Origin: an uncultured bacterium
Lineage (GTDB): Bacteria > Krumholzibacteriota > Krumholzibacteriia > Krumholzibacteriales > Krumholzibacteriaceae
Reading direction: 5' to 3'
Length of the DNA stretch: 64,000 nucleotides
NCBI GenBank assembly: GCA_963813815.1
Contig: CAWFAD010000016.1
Location: 480,001-544,000, forward strand
Positions 8,408 through 17,438 of the stretch are shown here, piece after piece (positions within the stretch are counted from its first letter, which is position 1; each line of letters opens with the position of its first letter). The position numbers and the translations under genes were made by a program. Below the pieces are notes generated by a model. That model had not been told where the DNA came from. It ran no database searches and was given only the letters and a program-made list of their open reading frames with translations.

Positions 8408-9937
8408 TCAGGGTTCGAGTCCCGGTCCGATCCGCGACAGCCCCCGTTTCGCCCCTTCGCTGCGATCGTCCTGCGCCAGCGCCTCGAGGTACGCCGCTCC
8501 GGCGCGCAGCGTGTCGCCGCGCGAGAGATACGCGTCGCCGGCCCGAACGAGGTTCGCGGAGAGCCCCTGCGGCGTGTCGCGTGCGACGGTGAAGTTCGTG
8601 AAGATGACGAGCGCTCCGAGGGCGGCGGCGAGGAGCGCGAGCTCGGCGAGGGAGCGCCGCCTCGCGAGCGAGGCGAGACCCGTGACCGCGGCCGCCGCGA
8701 AGGGTATGAGAAAGGGGATCGCCGGAAGACGGTATCGAGCGGTGACGTAAAACGCGACGGCGGTCGCGAGATAGGCGAGCGCGCCGCCGTAGAGGAGCCA
8801 CAGGCCGCGGGCGCGGTCGCGCGAGAGAAACATGCCGAGGAGCGCGAGCGGTGCGACGATTCCGAAGGTCAGAAGCGGCAGCCGCAGAACTCCCGGGAAA
8901 CGCCGGTGAAAGTAAAAGCTCTCGACGTTCGCCCGCTCGTGGCGGTTCCAGAAGAAGAGAAACTTCTGCCACGCGAGCGCCGACCACTTCGCGGGGTGAT
9001 CCCGTCCCCAGCGAAGTCCCGCGGCAAACCAGAAACGCGACACGCCGGACTCGCCGAGCGCGCGCCCCGAATCGTCGCGGGCGATCTCCGTCATGAGCCT
9101 CCATTGCTCCTCCGGCGAGCGGCCGAGCGATTTCCCGCGATAGGACGGCGGCGCGTAGTAGCCGTTCGCGCCGGCGTTGTTGCCGATGTAGAAATTGATG
9201 CCGCCCCCCGTCGTGAGGGGGATGAATTCCCCCGCGCGGAGATAGTTGCGGATGACCAGGGGGGCGAGGGCGAGCGAAACTCCCATGACGATCGGGAGCG
9301 CGCCGCGGGCCAGTCGCGGTCGTCCCGCCCCGCCGAGGCGGACGTGGAGCAGGACGAAGGGGAGAAGCAGCAGCGTCGGCGGGTTCGCCGCGATCGCGGC
9401 GCCGAGGACGATCCCGCCGGCGAGCATCGCCGCCGGCCCCGGCCGCCGGGGGAGGACGAAGGCGGCGACGGCGAGCGTGTTCAGAAAAACGATGAGCGTC
9501 GCCGGCAGGATGAGCCCCTCGAAGAAGATGAGCGGCGCGTAGAGCGCGGCGATAGCGCCCGCGACGAGCGCCGCGGCGGTGGACGAGAAGAGGCGCCGCG
9601 TCACGAGCGCGATGAGAACGACCGAAGCCGTTCCGAGCGCCGCCTGTAGCGCTCTCGCGGCCGCGGGGACGGGGCCGAAGATCCGATAGAGGGCGGAAAG
9701 GAGCCACGGGTAAACGGGGGACTGCATGAGGGTCGTCGGCCCCGCGTCGCCGCCGAAGGCGAGAGCCCGGGCCCAGGCGTCGTACGTCGCCGAGTCGAGC
9801 TGGAGGGAGGAGGCGAGAGGATTGAGCCGCTCCGTGAAAAAGAGATGGAGAAGACGGATCGCGAGGGCGGACGCCGCGACGATGCCGGCGGCGAAGAGCC
9901 ACCTCGCGTTTCGATCGATGCGAGCGCGCCGGGTCAT
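8408..9937 (-). CDS. ArnT/PMT (GT-C fold) glycosyltransferase with C-terminal TPR
   Basis: LDSATYDAWA, P.YP, GGINFYIGNN..ANG and RYRLP motifs; many TM helices; terminal TPR-like helix pair. Confidence 0.8.
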   Translation of the reverse strand: MTRRARIDRNARWLFAAGIVAASALAIRLLHLFFTERLNPLASSLQLDSATYDAWARALAFGGDAGPTTLMQSPVYPWLLSALYRIFGPVPAAARALQAALGTASVVLIALVTRRLFSSTAAALVAGAIAALYAPLIFFEGLILPATLIVFLNTLAVAAFVLPRRPGPAAMLAGGIVLGAAIAANPPTLLLLPFVLLHVRLGGAGRPRLARGALPIVMGVSLALAPLVIRNYLRAGEFIPLTTGGGINFYIGNNAGANGYYAPPSYRGKSLGRSPEEQWRLMTEIARDDSGRALGESGVSRFWFAAGLRWGRDHPAKWSALAWQKFLFFWNRHERANVESFYFHRRFPGVLRLPLLTFGIVAPLALLGMFLSRDRARGLWLLYGGALAYLATAVAFYVTARYRLPAIPFLIPFAAAAVTGLASLARRRSLAELALLAAALGALVIFTNFTVARDTPQGLSANLVRAGDAYLSRGDTLRAGAAYLEALAQDDRSEGAKRGLSRIGPGLEP

Positions 9938-9989
9938 GCGCCCCGAGTGTAGAACGTCCCGGCGCGGCGCGTCAATCCGAAGCCGCGGC

Positions 9990-10736
9990 TCATTCCTCCG
10001 CCGGTTCGCCGATCGTAAAGTCGTAGTTGACCGTGAGGGAGCCGCAGACAAAGTCTTCGTACTGGGAATCGAGCGGCACCTGCCCGATGACGGCCGGCGT
10101 AACGGTGAACCGGCCGGCGGTGAAATCGATGCCCGCGACGAACCCGAGCACGGTCAATGAAGACTCGTATTCGTACTGGCCGAAATTGTAACCGGCGCAG
10201 AGTCCCACCGACGCGCCGAGCCAATCGTTGACGGAGAGGGACGTCGAAGCCCCCGCCTCGAGATAGGCGCCCTTCGCCAGAACGTCGTCGTAGTACAGGG
10301 TCAGATAGGGCTCCATCTCCATGTCGGCCGAAAGCCCGAGGAAGAACTCCTCGGAATCGTTATCCGGCTCGTCGACCGTGTGCAGGATGTACGTTATGAG
10401 TCCGAGGTTGAAGAAGATGGATTCCGACCACGGCAGGCAATTCTCGTAGGTCAGGGTGAGATCGGTCTCGCAGAGCCCGCGTTTCGTTCTCTCCTCGGCG
10501 GTGACGTCGTCCACCTCGACGTATTCCTGGTGGCTGAACCAGGCGTCGAAAGTGAAACCGCCTATGGAAACGCCGCCCCCCGGCTGTATCGCGTACGTAT
10601 CCGAGAGGAGCTGGCCGCGCCAGAGGTACTTGCCGACCACGGCGCCGTAAACGTTTCCCGTGACCTCGGCATGGAGCGCCGGCGTCGAGAACGCGAGCAG
10701 GAGCAGAGCGACGATAATGATACTGATATTTTTCAT
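9990..10736 (-). CDS. Putative outer-membrane beta-barrel (TIGR02001/TorF-like)
   Basis: Signal peptide, KYLWRGQ..S...AIQP, ETDLTLTY and alternating beta-strand pattern; GGAGG RBS before MKNISII. Confidence 0.7.
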   Translation of the reverse strand: MKNISIIIVALLLLAFSTPALHAEVTGNVYGAVVGKYLWRGQLLSDTYAIQPGGGVSIGGFTFDAWFSHQEYVEVDDVTAEERTKRGLCETDLTLTYENCLPWSESIFFNLGLITYILHTVDEPDNDSEEFFLGLSADMEMEPYLTLYYDDVLAKGAYLEAGASTSLSVNDWLGASVGLCAGYNFGQYEYESSLTVLGFVAGIDFTAGRFTVTPAVIGQVPLDSQYEDFVCGSLTVNYDFTIGEPAEE

Positions 10737-10904
10737 TCGATTTCCCTCCAGGTACGATTCGGGTACGCAATCGCAAGAAATGAGCCAGAGTTCCTCCCCG
10801 GGCCCGCCGGTGAAAAGAGTTTCTTGACAAAATTCCGGAGTTCTTCTGAAATGAGCGCCGAATGCCGGTGACCGGGCCCTCTGGACTCCAAAAGGGAAGG
10901 GAAA

Positions 10905-11720
10905 ATGGCCAAGATATTTCATAGCCTCGAAAGCAAGCTGACCCTGAGCTTTCTCTCCCTCATCGTCGTGATATCGGCGCTCACGTTCATTATCACATAC
11001 AACGAAACGAAAAAAGCCCTCAAGGCGATGATACAGAGCCAGATCACCTCCGTGGCGGCGGTCACCGCGACTCAGATCGACGGAGACGCCTTCGCCGGGA
11101 TAGACGCGGGCGAGGAGGAGAGCCCGGATTTCCTGCGTATCAGGGACATGCTGTACGAGGTGGAAAAGGCGGATCCGGATATCAGGTATGCGTACACCTA
11201 CCGGAAGCACGACGACAATCGGGTCGAGTTCGTCGTCGACGGCGAGTACGGAATCTCGGACGACGCGGCGGCGGCCGGCGAGGTCTACGACGAAACGACG
11301 CCCGCCATGATGGATGGGCTCCACAAGCCCGCCGCCGATCCTGATTTCTCGACCGACAAATGGGGCACCTTTCTCTCGGGCTTCGCGCCGATCTTGAACT
11401 CGAAGAAGGAATGCGTGGGCGCGGTCGGCATCGACATGCTGAGCACCAAGGTCCTCAAGAAGCAGCGGTACATCAGCAACACGGTTTTCGCGGTGTTCGG
11501 CATCGCGATCCTGACCGCGGGAATTCTGATAGCGGCTTTTTCCTTGACCATCATACGGGACATAAAGAGGCTCAACGTCGCGGCCGAACAGATCAGCAAG
11601 GGCAAGCTCGACGTTCGCATCGACGTCGTGAGAAAAGACGAAATCGGCGAGCTCGCCAATTCCTTTTCCCGCATGGTGTCGGCGATCAAGATCTTGGTGG
11701 CGGACCAGGACGGAAAATAA
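10905..11720 (+). CDS. Membrane sensor: TM-Cache-like-TM-HAMP, no output domain
   Basis: Two TM helices, TDKWGTFLSGFAPI Cache-type motif, and HAMP (IKRLN.AA.QIS.G.LD..RKDEIGELA.SF.RM) ending a few residues before the stop. Confidence 0.85.
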   Translation: MAKIFHSLESKLTLSFLSLIVVISALTFIITYNETKKALKAMIQSQITSVAAVTATQIDGDAFAGIDAGEEESPDFLRIRDMLYEVEKADPDIRYAYTYRKHDDNRVEFVVDGEYGISDDAAAAGEVYDETTPAMMDGLHKPAADPDFSTDKWGTFLSGFAPILNSKKECVGAVGIDMLSTKVLKKQRYISNTVFAVFGIAILTAGILIAAFSLTIIRDIKRLNVAAEQISKGKLDVRIDVVRKDEIGELANSFSRMVSAIKILVADQDGK

Positions 11721-11730
11721 GGGGATCGCG

Positions 11731-12006
11731 ATGAACGCTCTGTCCGAAAGAATCTTGGAGATAGCGACGGATTATCTCGGCGTCGGGGCCAAGAGATTTC
11801 TCGACCGGCAGGCCGCGCACCTGAAATTCTCGAGTTTTGAAATGCTGGACGAGGAGCACTTGGAGAAATTCGTCTGGTGGGTGGACGTCTCCGCGAAGCT
11901 CCTGCTCGATCGGCAACGGGCCGCCGAGTTTGCGCGGAAAATGGCCGACGTGAGCAGCCGCGCGAAGGCTCCCCTTTCCTCGAACGGCGAACACATTTCG
12001 AAATAA
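11731..12006 (+). CDS. Small helical protein, putative partner of the HAMP sensor
   Basis: Starts 10 nt downstream of the HAMP gene with AGGGG RBS; YLG..AKRFLDRQ motif. Confidence 0.7.
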   Translation: MNALSERILEIATDYLGVGAKRFLDRQAAHLKFSSFEMLDEEHLEKFVWWVDVSAKLLLDRQRAAEFARKMADVSSRAKAPLSSNGEHISK

Positions 12007-12034
12007 TGTCGGGTGTGCCGGGAGGGGAGCGGTT

Positions 12035-13414
12035 TCAGCGCTTTTCCCCGGGTCCCCGCGTCTCGATCGTGAAGAGATCCGCCTGCCGGGCGTCGAGCAA
12101 TCGCTTCCCCGCGCCCTCGACGCCGGTCGTCCGTATGAGGCTGTCGACGAGCGCGGGCACGCCGGGGAGAACGCGCACGACGGCGACGCTTCCGCTCTTC
12201 GCGGTGAATACTCCCCATGCCGGGCCGTCCGTCCCGAACACCTCGATGTTGCGTTTCCCGAGCGTGCACCCCGTGCCGAGCTGCACGCCGTCGATGAGGC
12301 AGGAGCGCGGCGGCTCGAGGAACGAGTGTATCTCGGCCGAGACGTCGAAGTGCCCCGCGCATCCCGCCGCTTCGAGGGCGGCGCGTCCCATCCGGTATCC
12401 CAGCACGACATATGGGCCGAGGTGGCCGTGAAAGCTCGCGAGAAGCTTCGCAACGGGGATGTCGCCCGGCGCGGTTTCGTCCTGCGGGCGGGGTGGATGC
12501 TCCCACGCTCCGGCGAGAACCTCGGCCGCGGCGCGGAGGTCGTCGAAGTGCGCGACGCGGACGTTTCCCCGCGCGGCCGGCTCGAGCGAGATGGCGTCGC
12601 CCGCGAGCTCGAGGAGAAACGTCTCCTCGCCGGCCGGGGCGATCGACGGCCTTAGCATGCGAGCCGCCGCCATCTCGTCGCAGAGAAAGGCGTGCGGCCC
12701 CCCGCCGTGCGAGGAGAGCGTGTTTCTCGCGAAGCGCGCCGCCGGGGTTTCGCGGCGAAGGGCGCGGAGAACGGGATCCGCGGGCGCGCCTTCGGCGGGA
12801 AGGCCGACGAGCACGATCTCCCGCGCGCTCTCGAAAACCGTCTTTGCTCCGGCACGATCGGCGGTCAGGTTCCATGACGACACCTCTCCGCTTTTCACTC
12901 TCGCCGGAAGGAACACCGTCGAAATTCCGCTCGCCGCCTCCTCGTGCTCGCGAAAGAGCGCGGCGACGCTCCCGAGCGGGCCGAGGGCGAGATAGTCGAC
13001 GTCTCCCCCTCGCTCGAGGAGCGCCGCGAGGCTGTCGAGAGGAAGGATGCGCGGCGCGCGATCGGCGCTCCCTCTCATGGCGAATCCGCCGAGAGAGTTC
13101 GCCGTCTCGCGCCAGGGGGGCGCCTCTCCGAGCCGGGCGCCCTCGAAGACGGGAATGCCCCCGGCCCCCGCGGCCTCGAGCAGACCGAGGAGATTTTCGA
13201 TGCCGCGCTCGCTCGAGGCGGAGCCTTCCGTCACGACGACGGCCTCGATGTCGAGCGCGTCGCCGGCGAGCAACGCAAAGAGGGCCCGCGCGTCGTCGAT
13301 TCCCATGTCGGTGTCGATGACGACTCGCGCCGCTCCGTGCGCTTCCGCGGCGGCCGGAAGGAAATGAATCGCGAGCACGAGAGAAACTATCGTTGCGGCG
13401 CATGCGGAACGCAT
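12035..13414 (-). CDS. Exported nucleoside hydrolase (IU-NH) domain fused to an FmdE-like domain
   Basis: Signal peptide; IDTDMGIDDA (DxDxxxDD) and LALGPL; C-terminal FHGHLGPY..G and SCLIDGVQ..TGCTLGK.N. Confidence 0.8.
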   Translation of the reverse strand: MRSACAATIVSLVLAIHFLPAAAEAHGAARVVIDTDMGIDDARALFALLAGDALDIEAVVVTEGSASSERGIENLLGLLEAAGAGGIPVFEGARLGEAPPWRETANSLGGFAMRGSADRAPRILPLDSLAALLERGGDVDYLALGPLGSVAALFREHEEAASGISTVFLPARVKSGEVSSWNLTADRAGAKTVFESAREIVLVGLPAEGAPADPVLRALRRETPAARFARNTLSSHGGGPHAFLCDEMAAARMLRPSIAPAGEETFLLELAGDAISLEPAARGNVRVAHFDDLRAAAEVLAGAWEHPPRPQDETAPGDIPVAKLLASFHGHLGPYVVLGYRMGRAALEAAGCAGHFDVSAEIHSFLEPPRSCLIDGVQLGTGCTLGKRNIEVFGTDGPAWGVFTAKSGSVAVVRVLPGVPALVDSLIRTTGVEGAGKRLLDARQADLFTIETRGPGEKR

Positions 13415-13717
13415 CAATGCCTCCCCTTCGCAGGTCGAGAGCGGCAATCGGACCGTGGCCGTCCCGCGGGGCGAATCGGAGCGCCCGCCGCGGGCGGGGG
13501 CCCACTATAGCGCCGCATTCGCCGGGTGGCCAGCGCAAAATCGGACTGGGACGGCCGCGGGCGGATGCGCCGTCCGCGGCCGGGGCCGGGCCCGCGACCC
13601 GCTCGCCGCTTGACTTCCGCGGCGCGCGTCCCTACCATCGATTCCGCGTCGAGGCGTTCGGCGATTCGCCGCGCGGTTTTCAAAAGGGTTGCGGCCTGTC
13701 AATACGGGGGTGCCGGG

Positions 13718-14629
13718 ATGTCCGTCATCGAAAAAGTGATCTTCACGACCGATTTTTCCGAGACAGCCAATCACGCGCTTCCCTACGCGATCAAGATGGC
13801 GAAGATCTTCGACGCCGAGCTCATCATGCTGCACGCCGTCACGCTCTACGAGCACGATCCGAACGACCCCGGCCATCGTTTTCCGTCGCTCGGCGACTAC
13901 TGCGAGGAGCTCAGGAAATCCGCCGACCGGAACCTGCAGGTTTGCTTCGAGCGAGCCGGGGACGCGGGCGTGCGCATCCGGAAAACGGTCGTGCAGGGGG
14001 TGACGCCGCACGCGGGGATCATCGATTTCACGAAGGAGCAGGGAACGCGAGCCATGATCGTCATGTCGACCCATGGACGGAGCGGACTCTCCCACGTGCT
14101 CCTCGGAAGCGTCGCCGAGAACGTCATCCGGTACGCCCCGTGCCCGGTTCTCGTGGTCAAGGAGCCCGAGCACGAGTTCATCGATCCCAAAACGGGGGAG
14201 GTGCGCGTCCGAAGGTTGCTCTTTCCGGTCGATTTCTCGAAGGATTCGCTGAAGCCCCTCGATCTCGTGCGGTTCATCGCCGGGGTGCATCAGGCCGAGG
14301 TGGTTCTCTTTCACGCGATCGACGTCGACATTCCCCCGATCTACTACACGGCCGGCATCGAGTCGGCGCTGCAACTCGATCCCGAGCTCCACGGGCGGAT
14401 GGAGCAAAAGATGCGGGATCTCGTCGGCGACGGCCTCGCGGGGCTCCGCGTCCGCTACGAGGTCGCCGATGGCCGCGCGGTGAAGCTCATCAAGGATTTC
14501 GCCGTGCGCGAACAGATCGATCTCATCGTGATGGCCTCGTCGGGGTCGCACCGGATCGGCGATCTGCTCTTCGGGAGCACCGCCGCGCGCGTCATTCAGA
14601 AGGCGGTGTGTCCGGTGCTCGTCGTGTAA
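13718..14629 (+). CDS. Tandem universal stress protein
   Basis: Two USP domains (TDFSE/VDFSK; MSTHGRSG..LLGSVAE; LFGSTA..V...AVCPVLVV). Confidence 0.92.
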   Translation: MSVIEKVIFTTDFSETANHALPYAIKMAKIFDAELIMLHAVTLYEHDPNDPGHRFPSLGDYCEELRKSADRNLQVCFERAGDAGVRIRKTVVQGVTPHAGIIDFTKEQGTRAMIVMSTHGRSGLSHVLLGSVAENVIRYAPCPVLVVKEPEHEFIDPKTGEVRVRRLLFPVDFSKDSLKPLDLVRFIAGVHQAEVVLFHAIDVDIPPIYYTAGIESALQLDPELHGRMEQKMRDLVGDGLAGLRVRYEVADGRAVKLIKDFAVREQIDLIVMASSGSHRIGDLLFGSTAARVIQKAVCPVLVV

Positions 14630-15356
14630 GGACGGCCCCCTCTCGTTCCCGCGGATATATTTTCCGGAACGCGGCGTACGCGGCTCCCGCGAGCGCCGCG
14701 CCGAGGGCCGCTCCGGCGAGCACGTCGGAGGGCCAGTGGACGCCGATGTAAATCCGCGAGTAACCGACCACCGCCGCGATGAGGACGAGCGGCACGAGAA
14801 GCCGCCGGTAGGCGAGGCCGAGGAAGAGCATCGACGCCGTGATGTTCGCCGCGTGGCTCGAGGGGAACGAGAAGCTCGACTTGTAGCTTCGCGCGACCTC
14901 GGCGGGCGTCGTCATCCACCCCTCCGGTCCGTACCAGAGGTGAACGCCGCCGAGCACCTCGCAGGGACGCATCCGCTCGACGAGCGGTTTTACGACGCTG
15001 CTCGCGATCTGATCCGAAGCGGCGATGAGCGGAATGAGCAGGAGCGCCGTCCGACGCCCCTTTGCCCCGCCGAAGAGCGCGAGCGCCCCCCACGCGATCA
15101 GGATCGCCACGCGCCATCGGTCGAGATCGGTCACGAGCGGCATCGCGGCGTCGAAGACGGGGTTCGCGGCGCGGCCGTTGAGCAACCGGAAGGCGCGTAC
15201 GTCGAGCGAGCCCTCGCCGGGGGTGGGACGCGCGGCGGCCGAATCGGCGACGGCCGCGATTGGCGCGCCCGATGGATCCGGGGCGGCGGGAGCGGCGCTC
15301 GCCGCCGCGAGGAGAACCGCGGCGAGCGCCGCGGCGCATATGCGTGCGAGTCCCAT
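14592..15356 (-). CDS. PAP2-family phosphatase
   Basis: K..VER.RP, SFPSSHA and SRIYIGVHWPSDV motifs. Confidence 0.9.
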   Translation of the reverse strand: MGLARICAAALAAVLLAAASAAPAAPDPSGAPIAAVADSAAARPTPGEGSLDVRAFRLLNGRAANPVFDAAMPLVTDLDRWRVAILIAWGALALFGGAKGRRTALLLIPLIAASDQIASSVVKPLVERMRPCEVLGGVHLWYGPEGWMTTPAEVARSYKSSFSFPSSHAANITASMLFLGLAYRRLLVPLVLIAAVVGYSRIYIGVHWPSDVLAGAALGAALAGAAYAAFRKIYPREREGAVLTRRAPDTPPSE

Positions 15357-15430
15357 GACGATTTCATTGTAGCAGCGCTCGGTCCGTCCGGACAAGGCGA
15401 ATGCGCGAAGCCCGGTTCGGGGCATTCCGT

Positions 15431-15494
15431 ATTGAGTTGCTTTCTCAATTTCAAATGAATGCGGATTGACAAGAATTACGCTCTCTGGTAAAAT
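15431..15494 (+). promoter_or_regulatory. sigma70 promoter with upstream inverted repeat
   Basis: TTGACA(15466)-17 nt-TAAAAT(15489) with extended TG; ATTGAG-N7-CTCAAT at 15431-15449. Confidence 0.7.
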
Positions 15495-15610
15495 TATGCG
15501 CTGTAAGGGGAAGGGGAACTCGGGTGCAAGAGGGTTCGCGCCCCTTGCGCCCGGCAGCAGTTGCTCTCGTCCAACTCTCTCTGTCTCTCTCTCTCTGAGG
15601 AGGTGCATCA

Positions 15611-16597
15611 GTGGGCAAAGCATCTATTTCCATTCTGGTTTCCATGCTGCTGGCCGCAGCGCTCTTCTCCGGTTGCTCGGAGAATCCCGGTAGTGTAGCC
15701 GACACCGGTTCCACGGCCGAGGAAACGATACTCACTGCAAAACCCTCGATTTACGTCAACTGCCTCTCGATGCCGGTGGTGTTCGCGGAAGGACACGGGC
15801 TCACCGGCGAGGACGCAGCGCACTTGACGGGGCTCCGGGGCACTCCCGGCGTCGAGTACTTCGTCGCACCGTATGACGCGACTCTCATCGACGGCTATCC
15901 TGTGTACCGGAACCCATCGATCAACGAATGGTGTGCCGACTGGGCCGACGGCACGACCTGGGGCGAAGTGGGTGTCAGGCTCGACTGGGCGGACAACATG
16001 ACCCGCCAGACCTGGACCTCCAAGTCGAAGGTTCGCGTCGAGGTCGTTCTGTTCGCCGACAACATCGATCCGGTGGCGCATCCGCTGACCGGCTACAACA
16101 TGTACTCGCTCGGGGGCCTGAAGCTCGAAGAGGTGTTCGTGACGAACACCACGAAATATCAGGCCACGACCGCCACGGTGTACTCGAACGTGGCTCGCTT
16201 GAAGATCGAGAAGCTGGACGCGCAGGGTGGCACGCCGACGCTGGTCATCTATGACAGCCCGTGCTACGAGGCGTATTTCGTCGACGGTCCGGTGGATGCC
16301 TATTCGGCCGAGATCAACATGGGCGGCAAGTGCATCTACGGTTTCAACTGGAATGTCGGCGATGTGCCCCTCACCGACAGGAGCGGTTGGTACCGGCTCA
16401 CGTTCAGCTTCGACCCCGAGGCGAACTATACGGACTACGACGGCGTCGTTCAGTCCTATCTGCGCAACACGAAGATCGCGAACCTCGATCCGGCGGACCT
16501 GCTGGGCTACAACGACCCCGAAGTCGTGATCTATGAGCCCACGCTCACGGTCGACGGATACGCGAGCGTTCTCGATATCTTCATAAAGGCGCGGTAA
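15611..16597 (+). CDS. Lipoprotein, hypothetical
   Basis: GAGGAGG RBS; lipobox LFSGC; beta-rich body. Confidence 0.8.
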   Translation: MGKASISILVSMLLAAALFSGCSENPGSVADTGSTAEETILTAKPSIYVNCLSMPVVFAEGHGLTGEDAAHLTGLRGTPGVEYFVAPYDATLIDGYPVYRNPSINEWCADWADGTTWGEVGVRLDWADNMTRQTWTSKSKVRVEVVLFADNIDPVAHPLTGYNMYSLGGLKLEEVFVTNTTKYQATTATVYSNVARLKIEKLDAQGGTPTLVIYDSPCYEAYFVDGPVDAYSAEINMGGKCIYGFNWNVGDVPLTDRSGWYRLTFSFDPEANYTDYDGVVQSYLRNTKIANLDPADLLGYNDPEVVIYEPTLTVDGYASVLDIFIKAR

Positions 16598-16670
16598 GGC
16601 GGCGACCGGCTAGGAGATGAGCCAGGGTACCCCACCCCTACTCCCCTCCCTGGCGCATCGAATAGTTCAG

Positions 16671-16705
16671 AAAACGGCGACCCCCTTCGGGGTCGCCGTT
16701 TTTTT
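16671..16705. terminator. Bidirectional intrinsic terminator
   Basis: AAAACGGCGACCCC-CTTC-GGGGTCGCCGTTTTTTT between convergent genes. Confidence 0.85.
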
Positions 16706-16738
16706 GTCCCGCCGGGATCCCGCCGGAGCGACGGGGGC

Positions 16739-17437
16739 TCATTGAACGAGAGCCCCGTTCCATTCGACGAGCCGCCCCGAGATCCAGAATCCGCCGATGA
16801 TGCTCACGAGGGACGCTCCCCGCGGACGGAACGGAAGCTCGACGAGCCGGAGCGGCTCCGCGGGCTCGAGGTGTATCCGCTCGAGAAAGTCGCTGTTGCT
16901 CTGGAGCGGCTCCGCGAGGGTCGCGAAAAAGATGAAGTCCATGAGGGCCGCCGCCTCCTCGGCCCGGAGCGCGCAGAGCACCGGCCGTCCGGCGCCGTCG
17001 GAGCGCTCGATCGAGAAGGCCGGCTGCGCCCGCGTGAGGAGACGCCCGACCTTGAGATAAGCGTAGGTGTTGAGCGATTTGAAGGCCGGAATGAATATCC
17101 GGAGCATTCCGACGCTCTCGAGCCTTTCCATGACGTTCCTGATCTCGGTCGGCGAGGGCAAACGCTCCGCGCCCGCGGTCTCGTCGATGCGGCGTTTGAG
17201 CGCCGGTCCGTCGACCTCCGCGATCCAAAACGGGAGCCAAACGCGGCCGTCTCCCGCGGCCGGGCCGTCTTCGGGAGCGATCGCGCGGTGCACGGTCACC
17301 GGCTCGAGCGCTTCGGCGCCGAGCACCCAATAGCGAAGGCACGACGGACACTGGAACGTCACGAGCTGCCCCATGACGGGAAGCTCGTTCCCGCAATGAC
17401 CGCACCTCAAAGGCCTGATGCTGAGATCTTCCGGCAT
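16739..17437 (-). CDS. Zinc-ribbon protein, hypothetical
   Basis: CGHC..CPSC at the N-terminus, WLPFW motif; last gene of the SPFH operon. Confidence 0.75.
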   Translation of the reverse strand: MPEDLSIRPLRCGHCGNELPVMGQLVTFQCPSCLRYWVLGAEALEPVTVHRAIAPEDGPAAGDGRVWLPFWIAEVDGPALKRRIDETAGAERLPSPTEIRNVMERLESVGMLRIFIPAFKSLNTYAYLKVGRLLTRAQPAFSIERSDGAGRPVLCALRAEEAAALMDFIFFATLAEPLQSNSDFLERIHLEPAEPLRLVELPFRPRGASLVSIIGGFWISGRLVEWNGALVQ

Positions 17438-17438
17438 G

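Noticed and set aside
14592..14629. 38-bp convergent overlap of the USP and PAP2 genes
   Set aside because: Short 3' overlaps are common in GC-rich genomes.
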